Assembly: GCF_009914755.1 (NCBI RefSeq)
Contig: NC_060938.1
DNA: 64,000 nucleotides
Origin: the human T2T-CHM13v2.0 reference genome, Homo sapiens
Reading direction: 5' to 3' (one strand)
Every line of letters begins with the position of its first letter. Position 1 is the first letter of the stretch. This document shows, piece after piece, positions 23,027 to 43,465 of the stretch. The notes beneath the pieces were generated by a model, which worked only from the letters and a program-made list of their open reading frames with translations, had not been told where the DNA came from and made no database searches. The position numbers were made by a program, and so were the translations under genes.

Positions 23027-23462
23027 GGTATCTTATTCCGTTTTGTGTTGCTATAACAAAATACCTGAGACTGGGCAATTTATAAGGAAAAGTAGTTTAT
23101 TTAGTTCATGATTCTGCAGGCTGGGAAGTTCAAGGGAATGGCTCTAGCTTCTGGTGAGGGCTTCTGTCCTGTGTCATAATATAACAGAGAAGATCAAAGG
23201 GGAAGCAGACCTGTGTGAAGAGGCAAAACTGGGGGGGTATCCTGGCTTTATAGCCCACTCACACAGGAACTAATCCATTCCCATGGGAACTAATCCAGTC
23301 TCAAAAGAGCAAGAATTCACTCACTACAGCACAAAGCCATTCATGAGGGATCCACCCCCATGACCCAAACACCTCCCACTAGGTCCCAACACTATCACAT
23401 TGGAGATTAAATTTCAACATGAGTTTTGGTGGAGACAAACCAACCATATCCAAGCCACAGCA
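23027..23462 (-). mobile_element. MaLR solo LTR (MST family)
   Basis: ttgctataacaaaatacctgagactgggcaatttataa...ccattcatgaggg...catgacccaaacacctcccactagg...tttcaacatgag. Confidence 0.85.
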
Positions 23463-24039
23463 CCTGGGTACTTATCTGTTACCCATAAAGACTGTCAGTT
23501 TCAGGAGGGTTGACACTGCATCTGTCTTGTTCACCTACTTCAGAGTTAAAGATTAAAGCTGATCAGGACTGTCCAGTTATAGAAAAGTAGTTAGCACAAA
23601 GCTGGTACTCATTAAATCTTATTGTTATGTCATTGTAAATAACGGCACGGTGATTTCTGCCTGTAGTCCCAACTACTCGGGAAGCTGAGGCAGGAGGATC
23701 TCTTGAGCCCAGTTCAAGACCAGCTTGGGGAACATAACGAGACTCCATTTCTATAAATAATAAACACTTATTGTTTATTTTCACTCTTTGCTATTCCACA
23801 ACTTTATCTTAAAACTCCCAATTCTACTAATTCCTCTTGTACTTTCAGGAGCTGACTTTGTTTTTCTTACTTCAGAGCACACAGAAACCATCAGATGAGA
23901 ACTTCTCAACTTCCTACTAGCAAACCTACAAAACTGAACTCAACCTAATGGAGAAGGTAGCCAGCAAGCTCCATGCAGGAAAAGTGACCGAGACAGTGGT
24001 GCACGATCAATATATGTGGACTGGATGAAGAGGTATATA

Positions 24040-28382
<4,343 letters not shown>

Positions 28383-30028
28383 GTAGGCTACTTTTTATCG
28401 AACTTTTAATCAAAGATTCACGTTACAACTCCTAGTTGGCTGAGGATTACTCTATCTGTTCTTTTCCAGGTCACTTCAGAAGTTTCTCCAAATGAATCAG
28501 AAAATACATAGTGTCTGTTTCTGAAATAAAAGTACATGGAAAGAGAGATTCTTCTCCTTGATGGAAAAGGACAAAATACTTTCTTAAGGTTCTCAATGAC
28601 TCATTGTGATGGGAGGGGAAGAGGAGGCAAAGGAAAAAAGCCAATTTCAGTAAAAGATTTCAAGAAGTTGGTAAGAAAAATATAGGGTGGAAACTTTGTT
28701 TTCCTGCTACTAAAAAAAGATACTAGAACAGAACAAGGATCGCAGCAAGAAATATGAGTGAGGCCAGACCATCTGCCAAACCCTTCAAACTCATCCTTTC
28801 TACCTTCCCCATTAAATAGCATATTTAAAAATGAATCTTTGCTGACTCTGCCAAGAATCTTAAAACTGCCCAAGTTTCTTTACTAGAACTCACGGAAACC
28901 TGGTGAATACTAATATTACCTAAAAGCTCAGCAATATAGAGGAAATTCTCAGACTGGATGTAATGAATAAGAACGGCACTGTTGTTTCTTGCAGACTGTT
29001 TCTTGCCTGCGGTAAATCTTGCCACATACTCTAAATCCTTGGTAGGCCATGAACAGGGGAAAGACTATAAACAGAGTTGGAGATTACAGGCCTCAGGCAT
29101 GCAACTCCTGTAGCTTTACCATTTCTCCTTAGGTTGGCTTCAGAGAGGACTCAATCCCCCAAGTGCAGAGATGAGGGTGTGTAGCACTAGAAGAGCTGAT
29201 TTTGGGGTGGGAACTTAGACTTCTTGTCTTACCTGGCTCCCACTTTCTATCACCCGTTTTAAAGATGTTTGGTACCTTGAACATACATGGAACATACTGG
29301 TAGCTTTAACTGTGTGCCCTTATCTACCCTATCTATGTAGATGTGCCCTATCTATGTAAACTGTAACTTAGCTGAGAAAAAGTTTAACTCAAAGTTTTGG
29401 CAAGAAAGGGGACAGCCAGTCCATGGAAAATACAAAGAGCCACACTTAGGGAAAATAGCTTAGCAAATGGCTGCCTTTGGTGAAAATCTAGAGTCCACCT
29501 CTAGAAGGAAATTCAAAGTTCATACACTGACCCTCGCCCCTCGCGTCCCCCCTCCCCCTTACCTCAGATCACCACGGATAGTGAAGTAGGGTGGGGGAAG
29601 GGAGCAATGGCAAAGTGGACGCTCACGGCAGGGGACAGAGTAACCAAAAAGAGTAGTTTCTGGGGGAGAGAGAGAAGGCTGGTGCAGAGGTAAAAAGGAA
29701 AGACGGTGGGCGGATGGAGAGATGAGGGCAAGAGAGTGACAGCAGGGAGCGGGCAGAGCTGGAGAAGGAGAGTGGGCGAGAGCCAGAAAAGAGGAGGCTT
29801 AGGAGTAAAAGGGTAGAGGGCCAAGGGTAACAGCCCAGGGTTGGATCCGGGACCAGGGAGGTTATGAAGTGAGGGCTGGGCATGGGTCAGGGCCGCACAG
29901 GTCGGGTAGGAGGTCTGGCCAAAAAGGGGTTGGGCCAAGAAGGTGGTCCCGCCCGAGGATGGCTCAGGGAGCGGACGGAAAGGATCCAATTCCTAGCTTC
30001 ATGGTGCCTTGGCACCACCCTCACTCGC

Positions 30029-30076
30029 CTGCAGGATCCGGGCTCGCACTGCCGCCGCCGCCAATAGCGCCGCCAT
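30029..30076 (-). CDS. ALDH6A1: ALDH6A1 exon 1 coding part, MAALLAAAAVRARILQ (mitochondrial transit peptide); GC donor
   Basis: gccATGG Kozak; Arg/Ala-rich presequence; CAG|GCGAGT donor gives in-frame join to exon 2. Confidence 0.95.
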
Positions 30077-30644
30077 GGCTCTCGGCCGCCCTAGCTCCGC
30101 ACCCCGCGCCTCTACTGCCCAGAAGCACTACAGCTGCCAGGCCTCGCCCTCCATCCTGCCAGGCTTCCTCATTGGTGGGGAGGACTATTTTCTCCAGCCA
30201 ATCACTGGTCCGAACACCTGATTCCTCCCCTCACACCCCCGTCCTGGGGATAAGTGATTGGTTAGGAGCGAAAATGCTCTCGCCCTCTGCCACCTCAGCC
30301 AATGACGTAGGCGGAGGTAGAGAAGACGCCCCTGACTTGGACACTCCCTACCGAGCACACGGGGAAGACGCCCCCCTAACCTGGAACTCCGATTGGCCAA
30401 GGGCGGAACCGAGGCCCCACCCCCCCACTGAAAAAAGTAAATAAGACCCTTCAAGAATTTTGCAGTCGCTCCACCTCAACATCCGCGTAAGGGGCGTGGC
30501 TATACTTAGGGGCGGGGCTAGGCAAAGATTGCCCTATGAGGCGAGGGAATGAGACTGGGCTGCGAGTTGGGGATAGGGTTTCTCTTTGGGGGCGTGGCTT
30601 ATGGAACCTCGTTTTCCCGCCGACGGTTGGCCACGTCACGTGAC
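30077..30644. promoter_or_regulatory. Bidirectional ALDH6A1/LIN52 promoter in a CpG-rich region (~29850-31260)
   Basis: Divergent ATGs with 568 bp between them; CCAAT/ATTGG at 30171, 30198, 30257, 30299, 30392; GC boxes 30491-30500, 30509-30518, 30589-30598; TGACGT 30303; GTCACGTGAC 30635-30644; no evident TATA box. Confidence 0.9.
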
Positions 30645-30675
30645 ATGGGTTGGAAGATGGCGTCTCCCACAGACG
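30645..30675 (+). CDS. LIN52: LIN52 exon 1 coding part, MGWKMASPTD(G); second in-frame ATG at 30657
   Basis: Recognised N-terminus; acg|gtaaga donor. Confidence 0.9.
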
Positions 30676-32225
30676 GTAAGAGCCGGCTTAGAGATCTTTG
30701 CCTGCAGCCTCCTTCTTTGCTCTACTGGGAACATCCACTCTGTCTCTGCCCCTCGAACATACATTTCTTTCTTGGGCTCTTCTCCTTTCCCTTTTATTTT
30801 TTTTCTTGAGATCCATCGCCGTCTTCAGCTCACCGGTTCTTCACAGCAGCTCCGGAGGTGCCCAGTTTCCCCGCTCTGTACCAGGCGTGTGGAGGAGGGC
30901 ACTAGGGAGGGACTCATTCTGGGTAAAAGGACAGGGGGGTCGCCCTGTCCCTTCCTTATCTCTATTTGGGCGAGGCTGAGGGTCGAGGAGGAGATGTTTC
31001 TGGAGGACGTGGCTTACTGTAGTTTTCTCCTTGGGGTACCCATTGAAAGGATCAGTTCTCTTCTGATTGAGCGCACGGATGGAATGATTCTCACAAACCC
31101 TCGCAGGGCTGCTGGCTGACCTCATCTCGATACTGAACCGCAAGAGAAACATGATCTCTCTCCTGTCTCCTCAGTTTGGGACCATTGCCGTGGCAGCAAG
31201 AGAAGCGGGGGACGTTCTCGGCCCCTCGCCCTGAGAGTCGCGAGGAGAATCAGTATTGAGCTTTTAAGTGTCGTCTTGCACAGGTCGCAACCTGTCTTCC
31301 ATCTGCTTTACGTGTTGTTTCTTAAGGCTGAGTGAATTAACGATTTCTGTTTATATATTGTGTAAAATGCAAGTCATTTCAAGTAACAATTAAGTTGTTT
31401 TGGTATACTCCCATGCTTTTCCTCTTGGTTCTGCTTTAGAGAGTTAGGGTCTTGCAGTCATTTTTAAACTCATTTTTAGTTCTACCATCCTCATCCCAAC
31501 TATATATCGATTTTATTGATATATAGGTTTCCTTCCCTTAGACAAAAACATTTTATATTTGGAAGGAATCTTGGAAGTTCATTGCAGGAATGAAGAAATT
31601 GAAGCCAAGGTGAGCTATATTAAGTACCTGCTACATGAAAGGCATAATGCTAGGTGCTTTGGGAGACCAAAAGATGACTCAAACATATAAACATTTTTTT
31701 TTTTCAGTTTCAGTTCTCTTTTTAGATGTCACCTCCCAAAGAGTCTTTCTTAGAACACAGTATCTGGAGTTGCCCTTTCCCACCATTATTCATTATCTCA
31801 GTATCTTCCTTGTCAGCATAGTTACTCTGTTAACTTTGCCCCTTTTGCGCTAGATTGTAAATTCCAACTTTGTCTTGTTCATAGTTGGATCCAGGTTTAG
31901 CACAGTGCCTGACGAACAGTAGGTCTTTAATTAACATTTATTGAAAGATTGATTAGATATATGCAGAAATAATATATTACTTGATCTTAAGTTTTAAGTT
32001 TAACCGAGTCTTAAATTTTGTGAGCACAGGTACATACTGTATTAGAAATTATGGCTGGGCGTGGTGGTTCACACTTCTAATCCCAGCACTTTGGGAGGCT
32101 GAGGCAGGCAGATCGCCTGAGCTCAGGAATTGAAGACCAGCCTAGACAACATGGTGAAACCCCATCTCTACAAAAAAATACAAAAATTATCTGGGTGTGA
32201 TGCCACAAACCTGTAGTCCCAGCTA

Positions 32226-32477
<252 letters not shown>

Positions 32478-32816
32478 TTATTGTTAATGGGTACCAAATT
32501 TCAGTTTGGGAAGGTGAAAGAATTCTGGAAATGAATGTGATGATTGCACAATTAATGTACTTAATACCACTGAAATGTATACTTAAAAGTTATTAAAATG
32601 GTAAAATTTATGTATATTTCACCACAGTTGAAAAAAAAAGCCAAGTAATACAAGTAGAAGTAATTGTTATTAAACTTTTTAGTTTATTTTTAAATTGTTT
32701 TTACAAACTTTGGGGATTTTAGAGATGTGTTCCTTGAGTTTGATTTTTTTCCCCTGTCATCTCTCAATTTAGTTTCCTTTCTTTGGCCAGGAAGAGTATT
32801 AAAAACATTAAATTTG

Positions 32817-33138
<322 letters not shown>

Positions 33139-34559
33139 CTATGGTCACTTTATTTGCACTCTTGATTTTTAAGTTTTCATTCTCATCTCTTACAAAGTTT
33201 CACTCCTCTCCACCTAATGTTTTCTTTTTAATCTGAAAAAATCAAGTCAAGCACTTTGAACTTAAATTCAGCTTCTAAATAAGTATCTCATTCCAAAATA
33301 TTCCACGGCCTAGCTCTTTCACTTCTATTTTTAGTGTTCCACCTGTCACTGTCTTTAAAATTTAATTCAGATAATATTTATTTTAATATGTTTGTCATTT
33401 ACTCTTTTGTCTTTTTCGTGATAAATTTGCTGGAGCGTCTTTGAAAAGGAGAAAACTGAAATTCAAATACAGCCATCTAATTACTTAATTTATGAGAGTA
33501 AGACTCACAGCAGAGTCTGAGTTCTATCCCAGACTGTGGTATCATAAGGTCACCCATGTAGGTTATTAGATTGTACCCCCAATAATTTTTTTTTAACTTT
33601 CTTTTAGAGACAGGGTCTCTCTCACTCTATTGCCCATGCTGAAATGCAGTGATATGATTATAGCTCACTGCACCCTCAAAGGCTCAAGCGATTCTCCCAT
33701 CTCAGCCTCCTAAGTAGCTGGTACTATAGGCTCACACCACCATGCCCAGCTAATTTATTATTATTATTATTTATTTTGTTTTGAGACGGAGTCTCACTCT
33801 GTCACCCAGGCTGGAGTGCTGTGGCATGATCTCGGGTCACAGCAACCTCCGCCTCCTGGGTTCAAGTAATTCTCATGCATCAGCCTCTCCAGTAGCTGGG
33901 ATAACAGGCACACGCCACCACACCTGGCTAATTTTTGTATTTTGAGTAGAGACGGGGTTTCACCATGTTGCCCAGGCTAGTCTTGAACTCCTGACCTCAG
34001 GTGATGCACTCACCTCGGCCTCCCAAAGTGCTAGGATTACAGGCGTGAGCCACCATGCCCCCACCTTATTATTTTTTGTAGAGATGGAGTCTCACTATGT
34101 TGCCCAGGATGGTCTCAAACTCCTGGGCTCAAGCAATCTTCCTGCCTCGGCTTCCCAAAGCACTGGGATTCCAGACATGAGCCACTGTACCTGGCCCAAT
34201 AACTTTACTTTTGTTATGGTTGAACATTCCTCAGAAATCGGTAACAAAGAGAAGCTAATTTTTGGATGCTTTAATTAAGGCAATGTATTAGTTGAGTTCT
34301 TTACAATTAAAATGCCATTGGAAATTCCTTTGGAATATTTGGCAAAACAAATTCAGTTTAGAGAAAAGTACATTTTGTACGTATGTATATTTTCTGGGGA
34401 GTGAGTTCATTTTATTTCCCAGATTTCCAGAGATGTGGTTACCCAGAAAATGTTAAGAACTGCTGTTTATAGCATTAAATGAACTAGTTATGCAACTGGT
34501 TAGCATACTGAGCATACAATAAAAACTCAACAAATGTTAATATTGAGTACTACTGTGTG

Positions 34560-35030
34560 CAAGGGAAGAGTGGAAGAGAAATGATGTCAAAGAATTAGGT
34601 AGAGGCTGAGTAAGATTTTATAGAGTGTGGTAGATACACATTCACAGATTTAGCTGGGAGGAACTTTAAGCTGGAGAGAGACACGAACTGATTGACGTTT
34701 AAAAAAATCAATTCTGGCCTCTTTATGGAGAATAGATTCCGGGGGTGTGAAGGGGAAAGGGTAAGAATGGGAGCAGAGAGATCTGTTAAGAGGCTGTTGA
34801 AGTAGTCCAAGAAAGAAGTGATGGTTCCTTGGGTTATTTGATTTCAGGGTGTATTCTGAAGGTAGAAACGACTAGATTTACTCATGGATTGGTTATGGAA
34901 GGGTGAAGGAAAAGAATGCATGAAGGATGACATCTGGGTTTTTGATCTGAGAATTGGAATTTATGGTAGTGTTATTTCTTGAGATGGGAGAAGATTGGGG
35001 GAATATGGTTTTGAAGATAATTAGGTTTAA
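34560..35030 (-). mobile_element. L2 fragment
   Basis: GA-rich: ctgttaagaggctgttgaagtagtccaag...gaaggatgacatctgggtttttgatctgag...gagatgggagaaga. Confidence 0.6.
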
Positions 35031-35484
35031 AGTTTAAGTGGGGATTTTTTTTTTTTTTTTGAGACAGGATGTGGCTCTATCACCCAGGCTGGAGTGCAGT
35101 GGTGTGACCTTAGCTAACTGCAGCTGCCACCTCTGGGCTCAAGCCATCCTTCCACCTCAGCCTCCCAAGTAGCTGGGACTACAGGCTGACACCACCACAC
35201 CTGGCTAATTTTTTTGCTTTTTGTAGAGATGGGGTTTCACTATGTTGGCCAGGCTGGTCTCAAACTCGTGAGCTCAAGCAATCCACCCACCTCGGCCTCC
35301 CAAAACTGCTGGGATTACAGGCGTGCACCACTGCATCTGGCCTTAAGCAGTTTTTTTATATGTAAATAGAGAGGGATTCAAATAACCACTTGGACATAAA
35401 CCTTTGTAGTTCTTTAGAAAGGTTGGGAATGGAAATATAAATATGGAGTCATTGGCATACAGATGAAGATAAAAGTCCTCATGT

Positions 35485-35852
<368 letters not shown>

Positions 35853-35855
35853 TGA

Positions 35856-36133
<278 letters not shown>

Positions 36134-36360
36134 TGAGTAGCTGGGATTACAGGCGCCTGCTACCACACCCAGCTAATTTTTTGTATTTTTAGTAGAGACA
36201 GGGTTTCACCACGTTGGCCAGGCTGGTCTCAAACTCCTGACCTTGTGATTCACCCGTGTTGGCCTCCCAAAGTGCTGGGATTACAGGCATGAGCCACCAT
36301 GTCCGGCTGGGGTTTTTTTTTGAAACACAGAAATTCTGCAACCAGCTTGATTGGTACTGC

Positions 36361-36468
36361 TCCTTTTTAAAGAGATTTTTAAAGAGTTACTTATTTTGTA
36401 AAGTTTTATTTATTTTGAAGCTAGTCAAATTTAGCAGTGGGGGGTTGTGTACAAACTTTAGTGACACT
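36361..36468. repeat. 108-bp direct duplicate of 37030-37137 (3' half of the Y4 pseudogene, its tail and flank)
   Basis: Manual alignment: 3 mismatches, no gaps, offset 669 bp. Confidence 0.95.
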
Positions 36469-36905
36469 GAGATGAGGCTAGAGAAGGTAGAAACTGATGG
36501 TACCTGAGAAAGATGATATGCAAATGATGTCCTTGATAAAGCAAGAGAAGATGGCATCTAGAGTGCTATCAGAAGAGTCTGTTTCATGGAAGGAGAAACA
36601 CTTAATTCATTGTAACTGGAGGAAAGCACAAGAGTATGAATGAAGATGCAGGTGGGTTCATTGATACTCATTTTTCTTAACACTCCCAATAAAATATCAT
36701 TCCCATTCATAGATTGAAAGAGTGAGGTTTGGTAAGGGAGAATGATTTATTTGTATTCTATCACGGACCAGTGGCATCAATAGTTACAGAACTCATATCT
36801 CTAGACTTCCAGGTGAGTGTTCCAGTTTATGTCCTTTGAGATTGAAGTATCATATACATTAATGTGTTTCCTGTCTTCTTGGTTCATCTGGATGTTTTGT
36901 TCTAG

Positions 36906-36980
36906 GGACAGATCTGGAAGCATCTTTGCTAAGTTTTGAAAAACTTGACCGTGCCTCACCAGATCTTTGGCCAGAACAAT
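36906..36980 (+). CDS. LIN52: LIN52 exon 2, TDLEASLLSFEKLDRASPDLWPEQ (LxSxExL motif and Ser28)
   Basis: ttctag| acceptor, |gtaagt donor, 75 nt; S28 codon 36956-36958. Confidence 0.96.
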
Positions 36981-37086
36981 GTAAGTTTTTGCCTTCTTTA
37001 TATCAGAGTCAATGCAGGAGAAACAATGTTCCTTTTTAAAGAGATTTTTAAAGAGTTATTTATTTTGTAAATTTTTATTTATTTTG

Positions 37087-37500
<414 letters not shown>

Positions 37501-37809
37501 TGAAGAGTTATCATTTAACTTTAATGATTAAAGTTTTATTTTATTTCAAAGAGAAGAGATTGAAGTCCAGTGTTAAGAATAGCTGTTTGGTGGTTTAATT
37601 TGTTCAGAACACAGTGTGACTCAGAAAATAAGGAGCCTTTAAACAATAATAATTATTTTGTTTGAACCAGAGTCTCTCTCTGTCGCCCAGGGTGGAGTGC
37701 AGTGGTGCACTCGGGTCACTGCATCCTCTGCCTCAGGGTTCAAGCGATTGTCCTGCCTCAGCCTCCCAAGTAGCTGGGACTACAGGTGCATGCCACCATG
37801 CCCGGCTAA

Positions 37810-37938
<129 letters not shown>

Positions 37939-38012
37939 TAGCCAACAATAATTATTATTATTATATATATGTATATATATATATGTTTTTTTTAGACGGA
38001 GTTTCGCTCTAG

Positions 38013-38102
<90 letters not shown>

Positions 38103-38141
38103 TAGCTGGGATTACAGGCACATGCCGCAATGCCCGGCTAA

Positions 38142-38288
<147 letters not shown>

Positions 38289-38640
38289 TAAAACTACATT
38301 TATAGGCTGGGCATGGTGGTTCATGCCTGTAGTCCCAGCACTTTGGGAGGCCAATGCGGGTGGATCACTTGAGGCTAGGAGTTTGAGACCAGCCTCGCCA
38401 ACATGGCGAAACCCTGTCTCTATCAAAAATACAAAAATTAACTGGCCGTGGTGGTGCACACCTGCTATCCCAGCTACTCAGGAGGCTAAGGCACGAGAAT
38501 TGCCTGAACCCGGGAGGCGGAGGTTGCAGTGAGCCAACATTGCACTATTGCACTCGAGCCTGGGCAACAGAGAAAGACTCTTTCTCAAAAAAATCCCCCA
38601 AACTACACTTATTTGTTTGTTTGTGTATTTATTTATTTGA

Positions 38641-38835
<195 letters not shown>

Positions 38836-39449
38836 TGAACTCCTGACCTCAGGTGATCCGCCCACCTCGGCCTCCCAAAGTGCCGAAATTTCAGGAGTGA
38901 GCCACCACAGCCAGCCCCCAAAACTACATTTATAAGAAATTCACATAATACTGAGATATATAAAGCGTTTTCTCACCTTTTTCAATCACTCTTTTTTTTT
39001 TTTTTTTTTTTGAGATGGAGTTTCACTCTTGTTCCCCAGGCTGTGCAGTATAATGGTGCAGTCTTGGCTCACAGCAACCTCTGCTTCCGGGTTCAAGCAA
39101 TTCTCCTGCCTCAGCCCCCCAAGTAGCTGGGATCACAGGTGCATGCCACCACACCTGGCTAATTTTTGTATTTGTAGTAGAGAAGAGGCTTCACCATGTT
39201 GGACAGGCTGGTCTTGAACTCCAGACCTCAGATGATCTGCCTGCCTCAGCCTCCCAAAGTGCTAGTATTAGAGGCCTGAACCACTGCACCTGTCCCACTC
39301 TTATAACGTTAACCACTGTTAATCGTACAAATCCTTGTAAAAGGTACAACTCCGGCCAGGTGTGATGGCTCACGCCTGTAATCCAAGCACTTTGAGAGGC
39401 CGAGGTGGGCGGATTACCTGAAGTCAGGAGTTTGAGATCAGCCTAGCTA

Positions 39450-39605
<156 letters not shown>

Positions 39606-40360
39606 TCACTCCATTGCACTCCAGGTTGAGCAACAAGAGTGAAACTCTGTCTCAAAAAAAAAAAAAAAGGTATAAATCCTTTTGACCTATTTTATACAGA
39701 TAAGGAAATAATAATTTTTTAAGTATGTATAAGAGGGATTTTTTTTTTCTTCATAATGTTGGAGTCATATGCATGTGGCCTGCCACTTAACTTACTCCAC
39801 ATGTGAACAGTTCCATCTTGGTATGTGTATGTCTACTTCATTCTTTTAAATATATTTCATTGTATGGATATATTATAGTTTATGTATTCATACATTATTT
39901 GGAAACTTAAGTTATATCTACTTTGTAGTTTTGTTTTTTTTTTAATTTGAGCAAGGGTCTCACTCTGTCACCCAGGCTTTGTGCAGTGGCGTGATCACAG
40001 CTGACTACAGCCTCAACCTCCTGGGCTCAAGTGATCCTCTCACTTCAGCCTCCTGAGTAGCTGGGACCACAGGCATGTACCACCACAACCAGCTATTTAA
40101 AAAATTTTGGGGGGGACAAGATCTCACTGTGTTGCCCAGACTGGTCTCAGACTCCTGGGCTCAGGCTGTCTTTCCACCTTGGCCTCCCAGAGCACTGGGA
40201 TTACAGGTGTGAGGCACTGTGCCTGGCCTATATCTAGTTTTTGACTTTACAGACAGTTTATCAGTGAATACCCATGTACACATATCTTCATATACATGGA
40301 AGAGGATAACTGTATGAGGGCCCCTTTCCTCACATACTAGCCAGTATTAGATGTTACTAA

Positions 40361-40782
<422 letters not shown>

Positions 40783-41618
40783 TAGGACTATAGGTGTGCA
40801 TTACCATGCCCAACTAACTGTTTTTTTTTTTTTTTTTTTTGAGACAGGGTCTTCCTCTGTTGCCCAGTTTGGAGTGCAGTGGTGTGATCATGGCTCATTT
40901 CAGCCTCAACTTCCCGGGCTCAAGCCTTCCAAGTAGCTAGGACTACAGGGGCACATCACTACGCCTGGCTAAATTTTGTATTTTTTGTAGAGACGGGGTT
41001 TCACTATATTGCCCAGGCTGGTCTCCAACTCCTGAGCTCGAGTGATTCACCCGCTTCAGCCTCCCAAAGTGCTGGGACTACAGGCATGAGCCACTGCACC
41101 CGGCCCGTTTTTTAATTTTTTGTAGAGTCTGGGGTCTTGCCCTGTTGCCCAGGCTGATCTTCAAGGGATCCTCCTGCCTTGACTTCTCAAAATGCCCAGC
41201 CCTGATTTTTATTTTTCTGCATTTTAATGTGATTCTTTCTGTGAGAAATTTAAATAAATAAAATTGGATTGACAGAACAGCATCTCTAAAAAGGCAGTTT
41301 AAACTTTCTGGTAAGAGATATTGTATCTTACCACCCTCCCAACCAGCTAACTCCTGGTCCTTCCAAGTTCAGTTGAGGCATTATTTTCCTTGAGAAGCTT
41401 TTTATGCCCCCTGGGTCTGACTTAGCTTGCCATTTTTTGTCTTGCCATAGTCCTGGCATCTTTCTTTGAGGACTGAAATAGTGTTATAGTTATTGGTTTA
41501 TTCTTTCTCTTCTTCTAAACTATAAGAAAACAGACAAAGCTGTTTTCTTATTATTTGGATCTTCTATGCCTGAGCAATCATACTTATTGAATAAATAAAG
41601 TTTTGTTTTTCTTTTTAG

Positions 41619-41656
41619 TACCAGGTGTTGCTGAATTTGCAGCTTCCTTCAAAAGT
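41619..41656 (+). CDS. LIN52: LIN52 exon 3, (L)PGVAEFAASFKS
   Basis: tttttag| acceptor, |gtaagt donor, 38 nt. Confidence 0.95.
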
Positions 41657-41681
41657 GTAAGTAATATCCCTTACCTACTGA

Positions 41682-42206
<525 letters not shown>

Positions 42207-43465
42207 TAGAGTTGATTTGGAGGTAAATGACTTGATGCATGTAAAGTGTTTTGCTTGTCACATAATAGGTTCTGAGTACATTTTAATTAAAAAAAGAGAA
42301 AGACGCAAAGCTGAAATAATGTTTCTCAACCCTACCTTTTGTGCATGACAGAATCATCAACATGCAGCTATGGAGCTCTTGAAAAATGCACTGTAACAAA
42401 TGAGCACCAAGAAAAAAATTAATTAAATATAAAAAAAGAAAAGCACATATGAGGAGTCCCTTGCTCTACTTTTTCCACTGGACCCTTCCCTACCCCTCAT
42501 ATTCTAAATCATTATGTCTGGAGTGTGGCCAAGGCATTTATAGTTTTAAAAGTTACACAGGTGATTCTCGTGTGCAACTAGCATTAAACTGCCAACCCAG
42601 AGCTATTCTAAGAATGGGCTTTCTTTCATAGTTTTAAGTTCACTTTCATAAATGAAAAATTGTAAAATTCTGAAGTTTCCTAAAACCTCTACAATAAAAT
42701 TGTGAAATTCCAAGTGATGACCATTCCAGACTTCTCTCACTTAAAATGAGGATTTTCTCATTCTTGATTCTTCTTTGAATCTCCCGTATGCCAGAGAATG
42801 TTACTTACTGATTAGTGTTTCAAACAGTTGAATTGGAGGCTTTCACCAGAACTGAATTTCAAGTAATTTCATTCATTGCTATACTAACTTGTTAGGCATA
42901 AATCAGTAATAGTGGTCATACCTATTCTTCCACAGTGATTTCTCTGAGACTGACTTTCAAGATGAGCCATGTTTTTTGCAGTGACTATTTGTAGGCCATA
43001 TCTAAACCTGGAGAAATCCAGGTTTTTGAAATTATAATCTGCCAGTATTTCCAAACAACCTGAAGGCTATGTGACAAGCTGCATTTTTTCTTTTTCTTTT
43101 TTTTTTTTTTTTTTTGAGACAGAGTAATACTCTTACCCAGGCTGGAGTACAGTGGCACAATCTTGGTTCACTGCAACCTCTGCCTCCCACATTCAAGAGG
43201 TTCAAGCAATTCTCGTGCCTCACCCTCCCAAGTAGCTGAGATTACAGGTGTGTGCCATCACGCCTGGCTAATTTTTTTTGTATTTTTAGTAGAGATGGGG
43301 TTTCCCCATGTTGGCCAGGCGGGTCTCGAACTCCTGACTCCTGACCTCAAGTAATCCGCCCACCTTGGCAGCCACCGCATCCGGCCCAGGCTACACTTCT
43401 TATAAGAATAATAGGGTCTCCTCACACTTTTTATGTGTCTGAATGGATATATTATTTTTTGACAG

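Noticed and set aside
29564-31152. Long ORFs of 141-191 aa around the promoter
   Set aside because: Stop-poor GC-rich sequence with low-complexity Pro/Arg/Ser products and no recognisable domain; overlap real first exons in other frames
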